64,000 bases of DNA from Pirellulales bacterium (GCA_041741015.1 JBGSKX010000316.1:9457-73456); one strand, 5' to 3'; shown: positions 20,373 to 30,714, counted from the stretch's first letter. Made by a program: numbers and translations. Notes: a model not told the origin generated them from the sequence alone.

Positions 20373-21848
20373 TTACCGAAAATATTCGTCGAGGTCATCG
20401 AGATCGCGGGGGAGTTGAGGATTTTCAGGCAGCTCTTGGTTCTTCTCCTGAGCGCGATCGATGTCCGGGTCGTGCCTTCGGAGGGGAACGCAAAACCGGG
20501 AATCCTCTTCAGCCGACCAAGGCTTGAGGAGCTTTGTCGCGGCAGGCCTTTCGATGAATTCAGGAACGTCTTTTCTTGGGGACTTCAATGCCGCGCCCCA
20601 GATTTCCGAGCCTTCGATTTTGTCGAAGTAGGCTCCGTGCGAGCGGACGATGTAATAGCCCGAAAGCCCGTTCTCACGGTTACAGGCTTCGATATCCATG
20701 AACTCGCTTTCAAGGACGAGTTTCCGCATCGCGCGGTGGCGGTTTACAGAGCGGCTATTCCCGCCCGTGCCGGTTGATTCACTCACAGTTTCTTCTTGCT
20801 CTTCGATTTCGCCAAAGAGGGAGGAAGCCCACGTCGCCGTCGCGACGCATTCCAAGCGGCCGAACCACCGATTTGCTACCTGGCCGGTCAATTCAGCGGC
20901 CCCTTCAGGGTTATAGAGGTCGCGATCTCGAACACCTTCAATCGACTGAAATGAAAGAAAGAGGGACGCTCCTTTCGATCTACCTTTTTTCATAAGCGCT
21001 ATTAGGCCGTCGAGTTTTCCAGCTTCGGTGAGCTCATCAAGAATGATCCACGTCCTTCGTGTGAATGAGTTCGACTGATTAAGAATCAGGTCACTCGCCC
21101 GCTTGAAGAGGCAACGGTTAATGGCGTCAATCGCAGAGCGTCCCGTCTCATAGTTGCCAAGGACGAGGATCCAGTTCTCTTTCACCCAATCTTCAAGTGA
21201 AAATGTTTCTGTAGCGGCATCCCAGCTTGCAGCGATTGGAGAAAGGGGAAGAAGCTTCGTGGCAATCGTACTCATGATGTTCGCAACAAGGCGAGGGTCG
21301 TAGAAATACTGCTTCTCTATCGCCTTTGTCTCGGGGTGTTTCCGAAGAATGCGACGAATTCGTTTTGCAGACTGCATCGCACGGATGAAGGTTCCAAGCG
21401 TCCAAGGCTCACGAGTGAGAACGAAACTCTGTATCACGCCATAACTCAAGTGACGTGCGGCATCGGCGAAAAAAGGCTGTGACTCGTGGACGGGAGGAAT
21501 GAGCGTAAAGGCGACCTCTAACGCCACTGCCGCGTCCTTGATATCTCGGTACATATCCCAGGCTGCGCCGCGCACGTCATATGGATGGGCTGTCACGACT
21601 TTCACGCTGGGGCATATCGCGGGCAAAAATGACAGCATGTCTTGCTTTGCATCGTAAATCAGTCCGCGCGCGTCTTTTTCGATTTCAATCGAAGGGAGTA
21701 CTGACTGCATAAACATCTGAAGGAGCGTTGTTTTCCCGCTCCCGGGAGCTCCGACAGCAGAATAATGCCCCGTCGCTTCGCTGAGGGGTAAGCGATGCCG
21801 TCCGAAGGCGATGGCACCGGGGGAGAGATTAAGAGTTTCAGTTTTCAT
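20373..21848 (-). CDS. Type IV coupling protein (TrwB/TraD-like ATPase domain, no TM anchor)
   Basis: Walker A GAPGSGKT, IYDAK, Walker B WIILDE, KGRSKG, FQSIEG; ATG at 21848 with GAGGG RBS. Confidence 0.9.
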   Translation of the reverse strand: MKTETLNLSPGAIAFGRHRLPLSEATGHYSAVGAPGSGKTTLLQMFMQSVLPSIEIEKDARGLIYDAKQDMLSFLPAICPSVKVVTAHPYDVRGAAWDMYRDIKDAAVALEVAFTLIPPVHESQPFFADAARHLSYGVIQSFVLTREPWTLGTFIRAMQSAKRIRRILRKHPETKAIEKQYFYDPRLVANIMSTIATKLLPLSPIAASWDAATETFSLEDWVKENWILVLGNYETGRSAIDAINRCLFKRASDLILNQSNSFTRRTWIILDELTEAGKLDGLIALMKKGRSKGASLFLSFQSIEGVRDRDLYNPEGAAELTGQVANRWFGRLECVATATWASSLFGEIEEQEETVSESTGTGGNSRSVNRHRAMRKLVLESEFMDIEACNRENGLSGYYIVRSHGAYFDKIEGSEIWGAALKSPRKDVPEFIERPAATKLLKPWSAEEDSRFCVPLRRHDPDIDRAQEKNQELPENPQLPRDLDDLDEYFR

Positions 21849-21870
21849 AGTATCCCTCGACGTCGGTTGG

Positions 21871-22323
21871 CTATTTGATATCCCGGTAGGTCCGAATCGT
21901 TCGGCCTCGTGGTCCTTGCGGAGCGGGAGTCGTTTGCTTAGGAGTGGCGCCGGGCCGTTCTCGCAAGCTCCTGCCTCGCGGCTCGGGCGTCTTCGTTCGT
22001 GCTGGGCTCGACCAGAAGAAATGGACAAAGAGAATGAGGATGAGAGGCACGGCGACTAGCCCGAGGCCGGAAAAGGGCAAGAATCCCCGTGCCCCAAAGG
22101 GAGCGAAGATTGCGCCGAGAAGAAGTGAGCCGAGTCCGCTCCAGAAAAGGAGTGACAGCGCAAGATCGATAACTAACGACGGGAAGTTTTTGGCAACGTG
22201 ATAGAGCTTTTCTTGGGCGACTTCCGGAACGCAATCTTCATAGAGCCTCGCGAGCCGCACGATTCCCATCCAAATCAGGTATCCAAGACCGCAGTAAACC
22301 CCGAGAATTAGAAAAGTCACCAT
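21871..22323 (-). CDS. Small membrane protein (about 3 TM segments) between relaxase and coupling protein
   Basis: Hydrophobic segments; starts 1 bp after the relaxase stop. Confidence 0.7.
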   Translation of the reverse strand: MVTFLILGVYCGLGYLIWMGIVRLARLYEDCVPEVAQEKLYHVAKNFPSLVIDLALSLLFWSGLGSLLLGAIFAPFGARGFLPFSGLGLVAVPLILILFVHFFWSSPARTKTPEPRGRSLRERPGATPKQTTPAPQGPRGRTIRTYRDIK

Positions 22324-22324
22324 A

Positions 22325-24991
22325 TCAAAGACTCCTTTGATTCTCGATCGAGCGATCCAGACTTGGTTTCGCCCGCAGAGCGATATCGTGGGCCAGCTCC
22401 TTCACTCGACTTCGGGATAATGACTTCGCCAAGTCTTCAAGGTTCTCGCCAGCGTGGGCCTCGTCGACAAAAAGATGCGTCGAGCATCTTCCACGAGTCG
22501 CTTGGACATAGGCCATTTCGCGGTCGCCCATGCCGCCCCCGACCAAGATATAGGCGTTTTCGACGGTCTGTCCCTGCCCCTTGTGAACGGTTTGTGCATA
22601 GGCAAGCGTGAGACCTTCACGCCCATAGTCTCGAACTCGAATCGTGACTTCCCGTTTCTCATGTCCATCAAGCAGGATGGTGAGCCTTCCCCGGAAACGG
22701 TCCACCGAAAGCACTTCACCTCGGTAGCCATTGCGAATGCCATCGGCATAAACATTCTTGTGAAAGAGCACCCGATCACCTCGACAGATTATTCCGCCAC
22801 CGTTTTGAAGCGACTTGTGGCTGTCAATCTCTCCCGCCTTTTCTCTTTCTCGCTGGGCCAGGCGGTTTGCAGCCTCGGCTTCTACCCGCATGGGTGTGAA
22901 GATGACGTGATCTCTTGGCGATTTATCCCCTCCCGCTTTTGACCAGGTATCTACAAGCGTGCTGATGGCTTCAGCCCTGTCCTTTGCGATCGTGAGGCGT
23001 CCCCTCTCGTCGTAGTTCCGAAGTGCCGCCTCGGCGTCTCCGTGCCGCAGATCTTCCGACGCCTTCCTATCCGCCTCGTCATGCTGGCGAAGATTAGTCG
23101 TTAAATGCGGCGCAGATTCTTTGCTGACAAGGTGACTAAGCGGTCCGCCGGCCAGAATCGGCTGAAGCTGTGCCGTGTCACCGACAAGAATGAGCGTTGC
23201 TCCCCGCTCGCGGACGATTGTGGATAACTTCAAGAGAGTTCCCGAGTCGATCATTCCCGCTTCATCGAGAACAAGAACCGTCTTGCGGTCCATCTCGATC
23301 CTAAAAGGAAGATGCGTGGACTTTCCCTGAGCTGCGCGTAGAAGCTGCTTTGCGTCATGGATCACGCGCTCCTTGAGCTTCTCGAAGGTGGATTTATCGA
23401 GATGATGCAAGTAGCTCGCGACGGTTCTTGAGGGCATCCCGGCTTTTACTGAAAGCTCTTCTTTTGCGACACCCGCAAGCGCTCCGCCGATTACCTTGTA
23501 GCCAGATTTCTCGAATGCCTGTCTTGCGGCGTCAAGCAGAGTGCTTTTCCCGGCCCCGGCGACGCCCGTCAGAATCCGAAGTCCGTTTTTCTTAGAAAGA
23601 ATCTCTGCGACTGCCTCCCGTTGTTCGGGAAGGAGTTCGGGCCGCGCTTTTAATGTTGCCGCAATCGCTCCTTCCTTTACGGTTGCGCCGTCTCGATTAC
23701 GAAGCTTCTCGAACTCAGTGACTAGCTTCCTTTCCGTCTCCCACATTGTTTTCGTTGCAAATCGCTCCTCGCCTTTTACGACTCCCAAAGGGCGAATCTC
23801 TTGAGAGACTTGAAGTTCCTCCTTCGTCCGATTTGCCAGGAAATCCCCTCCCACGCCGAAGGTCTGTGCTGCCTCGCAGACTCGCTTCACGGCTTCCCGA
23901 TACGTGAAGGTCGATTCTGCGGAGTCAATTCCTTGAATGGCTTCCTGCCATGCTTGTTTGAAAGCAACTTCTGGGTCGAGGGGTTTGGCTTGATTGGTTA
24001 GGCTCTGAAGAACTTCCTTGGTGAGCCCAAAGTCCTTTGCGACGGCTGCCCATTCGGCGAAGAGTTTTTCCCGTGGGGGAATCTTCCCCTTCGTCTTCCT
24101 TGAGAGAAGATTCGCTTTCTCCCTGGCCTTGGCGTCGGCGAAGTTACCTAGCCCCTCGCTTCCAGAAAGAAGTTCCTCGATTTCAGTTCTTCGGCTCGAC
24201 CACGTTTTACAGAGTTTCTCGGGAACGCCCGCGATCTCAAACCAACCTGCCTTCTCACCTCGGCTATCTGTCGTACGAATAAGTTTGAGCCCCAAGCGGG
24301 TCATGAGTTCTTTTGCAAGGGTCGCCCGAAACATCGGTCCGAGGGTTCTGGTCCACTCATGGAGAAGCCTTGAGTTTACGGCGGTCCAGCGTCCGTCCTC
24401 GCCGCGGGCGACGTTCACGACAACGCAATGTGTGTGGGGCTGCGGTTCCCAGCCCCCCTTTCCGTTTTGCCTGGCAGTTCCGTGATCGAAGAGCGCAATC
24501 ACAAGTTCTGAGAACTCGTGGACGCATCCTCCTTTGCCTCGGCGGGAAAGCGGAACGTGTGCTGTGTACCAATCGAGCGTTGATTTTATTGCTGCGTGAC
24601 GAGACTCCTCGAATGCTTTCTGGAATGCAGGAGTTCCGCTAGCCCAGCACGCGGAGAAGCTCTTCTGAGGCGAGAAGCAAATGTCGTAGGCAGGAACGCG
24701 TTTCTTAAGTGTTTGGAGCTTACCTAGCTTCGCCTTCTGCCCCTTCTTGGTTCGCCCTTTCTCAAAGGTTGAGCCATCGGGGCGAAGCCCAGCAAGAAGA
24801 TTCGAAAACGCTTCTGCCTCGACGATTCCGGTAAGCCCCAAAGCTTCAGCCCCTGCCCCAAACCATCTTCCAGGCGGCTCGCCTCCGTCCTTGTAATAGC
24901 CGAGCGTCGCAAGGTTCATGAAGTAGCCGCCATCGAAAGCCTGACCACGTCCTTTGTGCAAGTTTCCGAGAGTCGTTATCGAAGCGTTCAT
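22325..24991 (-). CDS. MOBF (TrwC/TraI-like) relaxase-helicase
   Basis: GYY..GGEPPGRWFG, YDICFSPQKSFS, H.TAR...PQPHTH HUH motif; RecD-like GVAGAGKS, LDEAGM, TVHKGQG. Confidence 0.95.
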   Translation of the reverse strand: MNASITTLGNLHKGRGQAFDGGYFMNLATLGYYKDGGEPPGRWFGAGAEALGLTGIVEAEAFSNLLAGLRPDGSTFEKGRTKKGQKAKLGKLQTLKKRVPAYDICFSPQKSFSACWASGTPAFQKAFEESRHAAIKSTLDWYTAHVPLSRRGKGGCVHEFSELVIALFDHGTARQNGKGGWEPQPHTHCVVVNVARGEDGRWTAVNSRLLHEWTRTLGPMFRATLAKELMTRLGLKLIRTTDSRGEKAGWFEIAGVPEKLCKTWSSRRTEIEELLSGSEGLGNFADAKAREKANLLSRKTKGKIPPREKLFAEWAAVAKDFGLTKEVLQSLTNQAKPLDPEVAFKQAWQEAIQGIDSAESTFTYREAVKRVCEAAQTFGVGGDFLANRTKEELQVSQEIRPLGVVKGEERFATKTMWETERKLVTEFEKLRNRDGATVKEGAIAATLKARPELLPEQREAVAEILSKKNGLRILTGVAGAGKSTLLDAARQAFEKSGYKVIGGALAGVAKEELSVKAGMPSRTVASYLHHLDKSTFEKLKERVIHDAKQLLRAAQGKSTHLPFRIEMDRKTVLVLDEAGMIDSGTLLKLSTIVRERGATLILVGDTAQLQPILAGGPLSHLVSKESAPHLTTNLRQHDEADRKASEDLRHGDAEAALRNYDERGRLTIAKDRAEAISTLVDTWSKAGGDKSPRDHVIFTPMRVEAEAANRLAQREREKAGEIDSHKSLQNGGGIICRGDRVLFHKNVYADGIRNGYRGEVLSVDRFRGRLTILLDGHEKREVTIRVRDYGREGLTLAYAQTVHKGQGQTVENAYILVGGGMGDREMAYVQATRGRCSTHLFVDEAHAGENLEDLAKSLSRSRVKELAHDIALRAKPSLDRSIENQRSL

Positions 24992-24995
24992 GTAA

Positions 24996-25301
24996 TCAAC
25001 TCAAGAGGTCCGTGCGGGCGATTTCCTTTGCATCCTGAAGCGGCACTTTTCCAAGCGTGACTAGCAGGCTCACAAGGGTTCGGGCCTGGTTCCTGTGAAT
25101 CATCCCAACTTTGGTAAGGAGCTTCTCGATGTGCTCCCGAACGGCCCCCGGTTGACTTTCGTAATGCAGAGACACAATCGCCCGGACGAGTTCTCCGCGC
25201 GAGATTCCGAACCTCTCCGAGTCTTTGTCGAGCTTTTGAAGAATCTCGTCTTTCGCCCGAAAAGCCACCGTGTTGGATATGTGTTTTGCGTTCGGGGACA
25301 T
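24996..25301 (-). CDS. Ribbon-helix-helix relaxosome accessory-like protein
   Basis: TVAFRAKDEILQKLDKDSERFGISRGELVRAIV RHH pattern directly upstream of the relaxase. Confidence 0.65.
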   Translation of the reverse strand: MSPNAKHISNTVAFRAKDEILQKLDKDSERFGISRGELVRAIVSLHYESQPGAVREHIEKLLTKVGMIHRNQARTLVSLLVTLGKVPLQDAKEIARTDLLS

Positions 25302-25429
25302 GCCTGATTTTCTCACTCGTTTATGACGAAAGCCTTTCCACAATTGGGGCTTGAGTCGCAATCGCATCGCCCTCGTAAACAATGGGGCGATTTTGCAAAC
25401 GCGGGCTTCACTCAGTATTCCGGCCTCTT

Positions 25430-25663
25430 TCATCGATCTCGTAGAACTTTGTTTGCACTCCGTGCCACGGTGTGGAAGGATTTGTCAATAGTTTTATTCT
25501 TCTGCGTCAACCAACAGCGAATGATTCTGAGTTCTCGACAAATGTGTCGTTCTCGCAGTGATTCAGGTGTCGCCCAAAAGTTCGTTGCCTCGTCGTGCCA
25601 CATGTAATCGAGCACCGAATCAATTGCCTGAAGGACCTCATGCGGGATGTCGAGCGCCGTCAT
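25430..25663 (-). CDS. Hypothetical protein
   Basis: Translationally coupled (TAATG overlap) to the upstream ORF. Confidence 0.6.
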   Translation of the reverse strand: MTALDIPHEVLQAIDSVLDYMWHDEATNFWATPESLRERHICRELRIIRCWLTQKNKTIDKSFHTVARSANKVLRDR

Positions 25664-26052
25664 TAGTCTTCGTGTGGGAGCATGATGGTTATGACTCTCT
25701 CGCCTGCGTCGCCTGGATGGAGCAAGGCTTTCAGGGCGATGTCACGCGAGACGCCTGAGTGCTGTTTAACCGAGACTTTGAAATCAATTCGGGACACTCC
25801 GGCTTTCTTCCGTGCCGTAAACACAAGCACGTTGAGAACGTCCCAAGCGCGTCCTTCTACGGTTTGCTCGGGAGCATCCAAAGGCGGCTCGATCGCTGTA
25901 ACCCAAGCGGCGGCGGTGATGGCAACGGGGCAGGTGATCCCCGCCTCTCGGGCAAGCTCCGTCATGTCAACGAGCGTTCCGTCCGCGATGGCCTCAGCCC
26001 TCGTGTACGAATAGATGATGTCAGCTTCCGTGAAGAGCGGTTTATCAGTCAT
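25663..26052 (-). CDS. DUF6573-like mobile-element protein
   Basis: YSYTRAEAIADGTLVD...GRAWDVL...PGDAGERVITIMLPHED recalled as typical of this family; AAGGAG RBS. Confidence 0.75.
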   Translation of the reverse strand: MTDKPLFTEADIIYSYTRAEAIADGTLVDMTELAREAGITCPVAITAAAWVTAIEPPLDAPEQTVEGRAWDVLNVLVFTARKKAGVSRIDFKVSVKQHSGVSRDIALKALLHPGDAGERVITIMLPHED

Positions 26053-26074
26053 GTTGTTTTCTCCTTAGTTGCTT

Positions 26075-26106
26075 CCCCCTCCCTTCAGGGAGGGGCCGGG
26101 GGTGGG
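26075..26106. repeat. GC-rich REP-like hairpin between leading-type genes
   Basis: CCCCTCCC-TTCA-GGGAGGGG followed by CCGGGGGTGGG. Confidence 0.5.
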
Positions 26107-26137
26107 ACCCCGTGTCCCGCTTCCTCACCCCCGAGTT

Positions 26138-26482
26138 TCAATCCAATTCCGCCAGAATGCTTTCAGCGATTTCGTGCCAGTCGACTTCGCTGAATGCGGC
26201 GCTTAGTAAGTCGGCGTACATGCTCGGCCCGTTCAACGGATGCCCCTCTGTAATCTCCTCTTTGAGTTGGTCAGCCAGGTTGAACTGTGCCGCTTCTTTC
26301 GGCGTCCAAATCCCTTTCTTGACCTGTTCAGTGTTGGGTGCAGCTCGTCGACAGTTCCTTGCTATTTCTCGCCAATAACGAAAGGCGGTTATTTCGTTAT
26401 CAATCCAGAGCGCAACCGCCCAAGTCTCGTAATTCCGCCATCCTTGATAGCCGGGACGAGCTTCGGCCGCCGTGCTACTCAC
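26138..26482 (-). CDS. DUF7249-like hypothetical protein
   Basis: YQGWRNYETWAVALWIDNE...VDWHEIAE motif; GTG start with GGAGG RBS. Confidence 0.7.
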   Translation of the reverse strand: MSSTAAEARPGYQGWRNYETWAVALWIDNEITAFRYWREIARNCRRAAPNTEQVKKGIWTPKEAAQFNLADQLKEEITEGHPLNGPSMYADLLSAAFSEVDWHEIAESILAELD

Positions 26483-26735
26483 GTTCCTCCAAGTCGCGTT
26501 CGCGTGCTTCGATGAAGTTTGCAGCCAAGCGTGCCGCCTCACGAACTAGGGCGAGGTCTGCAAGCCCGTTGAAGCTTGACGACTCCTTCCACTCCTCGGA
26601 GTTTTTCTCACGATAGGACCGCGTGACGGTCGCATTGTGATAGACGCGGCCTTCGTCTGTCGTACTCTCCCAGACGGCGACGCGAATCGCTCCAAGCTGC
26701 TGCGAGTAAATTGGCTGATTCGTTTTCTTGCTCAT
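26475..26735 (-). CDS. Small putative ssDNA-binding (PC4/PUR-like) protein, paralog 1
   Basis: QP......GAIRVAVW...TVTRSY....WKESSSF...DL pattern shared with 39030 and 61235; AAGGAG RBS. Confidence 0.75.
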   Translation of the reverse strand: MSKKTNQPIYSQQLGAIRVAVWESTTDEGRVYHNATVTRSYREKNSEEWKESSSFNGLADLALVREAARLAANFIEARERDLEERE

Positions 26736-26824
26736 GGTTCGTGCTCCTTTTTCTTCGTTGTTAGATTTGGTCGAGAAAGCAACACGCTCAATCGACCTTC
26801 ATCGAATGATGACACGGTGTGTCA

Positions 26825-28573
26825 TCAATGTGTTGCAATTCGCGCCGCGTGGGTCGCCGGTGTGATCGTCAGGCGCACGGAATGACCCGAGCCGATTTGA
26901 AGGGTAAGCGGCTTGGCCGCGTCATAGTCCAAGAGGGCCAGACGGTAGCCTTCTTCGGCGAGGCTGGCAGCGAGCGTCCGAAAGCCGTTGGCCAATTCGC
27001 TCGCCCGCTGGACCAAGAGCGTCTTGCCTCCGGTTTCACGAGCGATCTGTTCAATCGCGCGCGTATCGTAATCACTTTGCTTGAGAGCAACGAAATGAAT
27101 GGCGACCCTGTGCTGTCGCGCGGCGGCAATGATCGCCTCGTGGGAGGGGCCGGGGAGTGAATTTGACCCGTCCGTGAACAGCACGCCGATTCGTTCGCCA
27201 GGGAGATTCGCGAGACTCCGGACCACTTCGTCAGCGGCGACAAACAGCGAGGTGCCGCCATCAGCCCTGAGTTGCTGACACGCGGCTATGGCCGCTGCGG
27301 GATCTTGCGACCAATCGGCGAGCAGCTGCACGCGGTCACTAAAGGCCGTCAACCGGACATAGGTTCCCGGCGGCAGATTCTTCAGAACAGAGGTGACGCC
27401 CACTTGTGCTTCGCGCTGCGGGGCTCCTTTGATCGAGGTACTGACATCCATTCCGAATGCGAGGTTGACCCGCGTAGATTGTCGATGGGGACTCGCTACC
27501 AGCCGTAGCGTTGTTGCTTCTTGACTTGCAATGAAATCTTTATCGGCGAGGCCTGTAAGCGGGCTGCCCTTGGCATCACGAAGATCGACATCAATCAGGT
27601 GTACGTGCGGCGATCCGGTTAACTGCCGGCGGACGACGCGCCCCATCGATCCTGCGGGAAGATCCGCGGGACGGAGAGCCGCGATTCGGGCTTCGACTCG
27701 TGCCAGCACCGCTCTGCCTTCGTCGAGCGGCATGCGCTCCTTCTTTGCCATCGCCAAGGCATCGAGGAGAATCGTGCGAACGGCGTCGAGATTGCCGACA
27801 ATGCCCTGGTCGATGCCACGGCTGAGGTGCGAGAATGCCCCGCTGAGTGCAGTTCGTCGCCCGGCGGTGGTTGCCGCGAGCTCTCGCTTGAGGCGTTGCG
27901 AAGCCTGTTCCACTTGCTGATTCTCGGCCGCTGCCCTTTGGAGCTGCGTTTCAACGTCATCAAGTTGTCGCTGGGTATCATTCGCTTTCAAACGGCCTTC
28001 TAGCCTCTCTTTGGCAAGCCGCGGCATGTAGTTGCTGACTTGGTGCCGATCAGCAGTAATTGTTGCTTGATCAATGAACGCTCTTGCGACGTCGCCTTCG
28101 GCTTCGTCTGCCGCGAGGCACAAGAGCTGTACCGTCCACTCGGCAAGCGTTCGCGTCCACTCGGGGGTATGTACGGCATCGAGTTCTTTAAGCCCGACGG
28201 CGGCCGCGGCGCCGAATTGCCCGCGACCTTCCAACTCGCGCATCTCCTGCTCTATGTATTGCCGGCCGCTATCGCAGATCGCTCGCGGAAAGTATGGCAC
28301 TTCGTCGAACAGCCAGTAGCTGAACCCCATCGCGGCAAGCCAGGCGGCGGCAGTCATAGCGCCCAGGAGGATCTCGCGCAACGGATTCGCCGAGGATCGG
28401 ATTCTGGAATCGGTCTCCGTGCGCGTCATCACCATTCCAGCCACGGCGATGGCGGCGAAGATTGCGGCGGGAATGGCTCCCAGGCGAAGTGGGTACGGCT
28501 CGGCCCAGCCCAGCGTAACGGCAATGGCTGTTGCGACGATCACAGCGACGGCCATGCGGAATAACAGCAACAT
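26825..28573 (-). CDS. Membrane-anchored vWA-domain protein with coiled coil
   Basis: N-terminal TM helices, coiled coil, MIDAS DVSTS, GGTSL, FTDG, IARETGG. Confidence 0.85.
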   Translation of the reverse strand: MLLLFRMAVAVIVATAIAVTLGWAEPYPLRLGAIPAAIFAAIAVAGMVMTRTETDSRIRSSANPLREILLGAMTAAAWLAAMGFSYWLFDEVPYFPRAICDSGRQYIEQEMRELEGRGQFGAAAAVGLKELDAVHTPEWTRTLAEWTVQLLCLAADEAEGDVARAFIDQATITADRHQVSNYMPRLAKERLEGRLKANDTQRQLDDVETQLQRAAAENQQVEQASQRLKRELAATTAGRRTALSGAFSHLSRGIDQGIVGNLDAVRTILLDALAMAKKERMPLDEGRAVLARVEARIAALRPADLPAGSMGRVVRRQLTGSPHVHLIDVDLRDAKGSPLTGLADKDFIASQEATTLRLVASPHRQSTRVNLAFGMDVSTSIKGAPQREAQVGVTSVLKNLPPGTYVRLTAFSDRVQLLADWSQDPAAAIAACQQLRADGGTSLFVAADEVVRSLANLPGERIGVLFTDGSNSLPGPSHEAIIAAARQHRVAIHFVALKQSDYDTRAIEQIARETGGKTLLVQRASELANGFRTLAASLAEEGYRLALLDYDAAKPLTLQIGSGHSVRLTITPATHAARIATH

Positions 28574-28615
28574 GATTGAGACTCCTCGTAATAAGGAATT
28601 CTTGATGGTGACGCA

Positions 28616-30700
28616 CTATGCGAGGCCGAGCTTGCGCACGGTCTCGGCGGGCTCCGCCAGAAACATCTCGGGACAAGGTGATTGCAGGACTTCTTCCAGC
28701 GCCGAGCGGAGCGGGGCCGTGAACAGATCGTCTAGCTCGCGGACCTTTCTCATCGTGATGGCGACGACGTTGATGACGACCGTCGCGTCGACGAAATCGA
28801 CATCGAGGCGTTCGTCTTCGGCGGCGACGGCGGCGATAATCGCCTCGCGGAGCCACGGCTCTACCGGGGGTAGGAGGTGGATGGAACGGCTGTCGCTCGC
28901 TCGCCGCTGACCTCCCCACGGTACGGCAGGCGTGACGTAGCACTCGCCGCTGACGATCCGCTGGGCTACTTCTTCAACGCGGGCGTAGGCGGCGCCGGTC
29001 ACGGCGGCCAATCCGTCGAGCGTTGCGAGCGCGACGGACTCTAGGGTGGCGTCCATCAGGGACTCATCAGACTGACCGCACGCTTCCCAAAGGTCGAGAA
29101 GCCGTTCATCGAGCGGCCGCACGGTCACCTTCGGGCGTACGGCGCCTAGTTCCGGTCCGGCCTTCTGGATCGATGAGATCAGCGTCTTGAGACGGCCTTC
29201 GAGGTAGCCGCATTCGGCCCCGACAACGGCACGGCTTCGCATCACTTCGGCCTGTTCGGCCGCTAACTTCGCAAGTTGATCGACCGCGTGTCGAATCGTC
29301 TCGCCGAACTGATGAAGACGGTTGAGTTTCGATCTCGTGCTGGTGAACGCCGCCGCAATATGACCCAACACGCGTTCGGGATTAAGTCGCTGGTGAGTTT
29401 TCCGGTACTGAGCGTCCGCATCGGCCACTGTCTGCTCAAGTACTTCCCGTCGCTCCGCGAGCGTCGCCGCTTCATCGGCCAGAATCTTACCTAGACGCCG
29501 CACGAATTGCAGTCGCTCGTCGAGCGTTGCGACTGTCGTCGCCGGCTTTGCCCACTGCTGAGGCAAGTCGGCGATCATTTCACGATGGACCGCATCCAAG
29601 TGGATCCAGGCGGTCACGTCATGGTGGTGCGAGGCCGTCTGCAATTCAGTCAGCGAGCTTTCGACGGGACGCTCGGCAGCAGTGGCGATGATGTCGACCA
29701 CAGTCCTAATTGCCAGCGGCGTCCCCGCATCGGCCAACTCCAGCCGTTCTTCGTCCCGGAGGCCCGGCTCCCGCGCAAGGATCGTCGCTAGCGGCGGCAA
29801 ATAGAGACTTGCGACGACCGGCGCGATGTCGTTACGAAGGTGCAATTCTTGCCCAAAAGCCGCTTCCCAGATCTGAACATTTCCAAAACGTCCATCGAGA
29901 GCGTTATTGGGGCTCTCACGTTCCAACTCATACGCAACGGACTTTGTGCGGGCGACTTGCTCGATGGCCGCCAGATAAATATCGCGCCGATCTTGATCTC
30001 GTCCGCAGACCGGGAAGTCGATGAGCCGAAGGCGCCTAACGATTAGTGGCTCACGTTCCGCATCGGTTACGTTGGTCACCAAGTCGGCCAGCGCAGACGC
30101 CGTGTTTTGCCAAGTGCGGTCGCCGAGTCCCTCGTACGTCAAGCCCCCCGTTGCCAAGTACTCCACCGAAACAATGGCGCCCGTCTGGCTCCGCACCATC
30201 GCGGCAGCTCCTTCCGTGACGGGCATTTCGGCGCCCGAGTAAGTGCCACCGGCCAGAGACCCGAGGGTCAAGAATCGGACCTCCTGGATAACGCCGCCGG
30301 AGCGAGCGCGAAGTTCAGGAACAAGCTGCTGCCTGATGAACCGCTTAAAATCGGGCGAGTCGACAAGTCGCTTACCCGCTTCCCGGCCAACAATGATGCA
30401 CTGCCCCATCCCGCCCGAGGCGGCCATGCCGCCAATCGAACGGACATGGGCTTGGACTGCCGGACTTGATCCAGCAAGCAGCGATTGGGCCGTGTGCCCC
30501 AACCCGAGCGAGAAGAGTTGCACGAGCATCTTCCCTTTGGGACGGCGTGCTCGCGGCAACTCGTGCTGCGCATCGACGACAATGACGTATTGGACAAACG
30601 GGTACAGTAAATGGACCCACGGCAGCAGACGCTGCCCATGTCCGCCTACGAGGACGAGGACGGTGAGCGAGTTGAGCCATGTTCTAATCATGTTAAGCAT
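28616..30700 (-). CDS. Divergent tubulin/FtsZ-like GTPase with long coiled-coil C-terminus
   Basis: VLVGGHG (T1-like), SGGMGQ...GR (T3-like), GSLAGGTYSG (T4 signature variant). Confidence 0.75.
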   Translation of the reverse strand: MLNMIRTWLNSLTVLVLVGGHGQRLLPWVHLLYPFVQYVIVVDAQHELPRARRPKGKMLVQLFSLGLGHTAQSLLAGSSPAVQAHVRSIGGMAASGGMGQCIIVGREAGKRLVDSPDFKRFIRQQLVPELRARSGGVIQEVRFLTLGSLAGGTYSGAEMPVTEGAAAMVRSQTGAIVSVEYLATGGLTYEGLGDRTWQNTASALADLVTNVTDAEREPLIVRRLRLIDFPVCGRDQDRRDIYLAAIEQVARTKSVAYELERESPNNALDGRFGNVQIWEAAFGQELHLRNDIAPVVASLYLPPLATILAREPGLRDEERLELADAGTPLAIRTVVDIIATAAERPVESSLTELQTASHHHDVTAWIHLDAVHREMIADLPQQWAKPATTVATLDERLQFVRRLGKILADEAATLAERREVLEQTVADADAQYRKTHQRLNPERVLGHIAAAFTSTRSKLNRLHQFGETIRHAVDQLAKLAAEQAEVMRSRAVVGAECGYLEGRLKTLISSIQKAGPELGAVRPKVTVRPLDERLLDLWEACGQSDESLMDATLESVALATLDGLAAVTGAAYARVEEVAQRIVSGECYVTPAVPWGGQRRASDSRSIHLLPPVEPWLREAIIAAVAAEDERLDVDFVDATVVINVVAITMRKVRELDDLFTAPLRSALEEVLQSPCPEMFLAEPAETVRKLGLA

Positions 30701-30714
30701 CGGGGAACTCCGCT

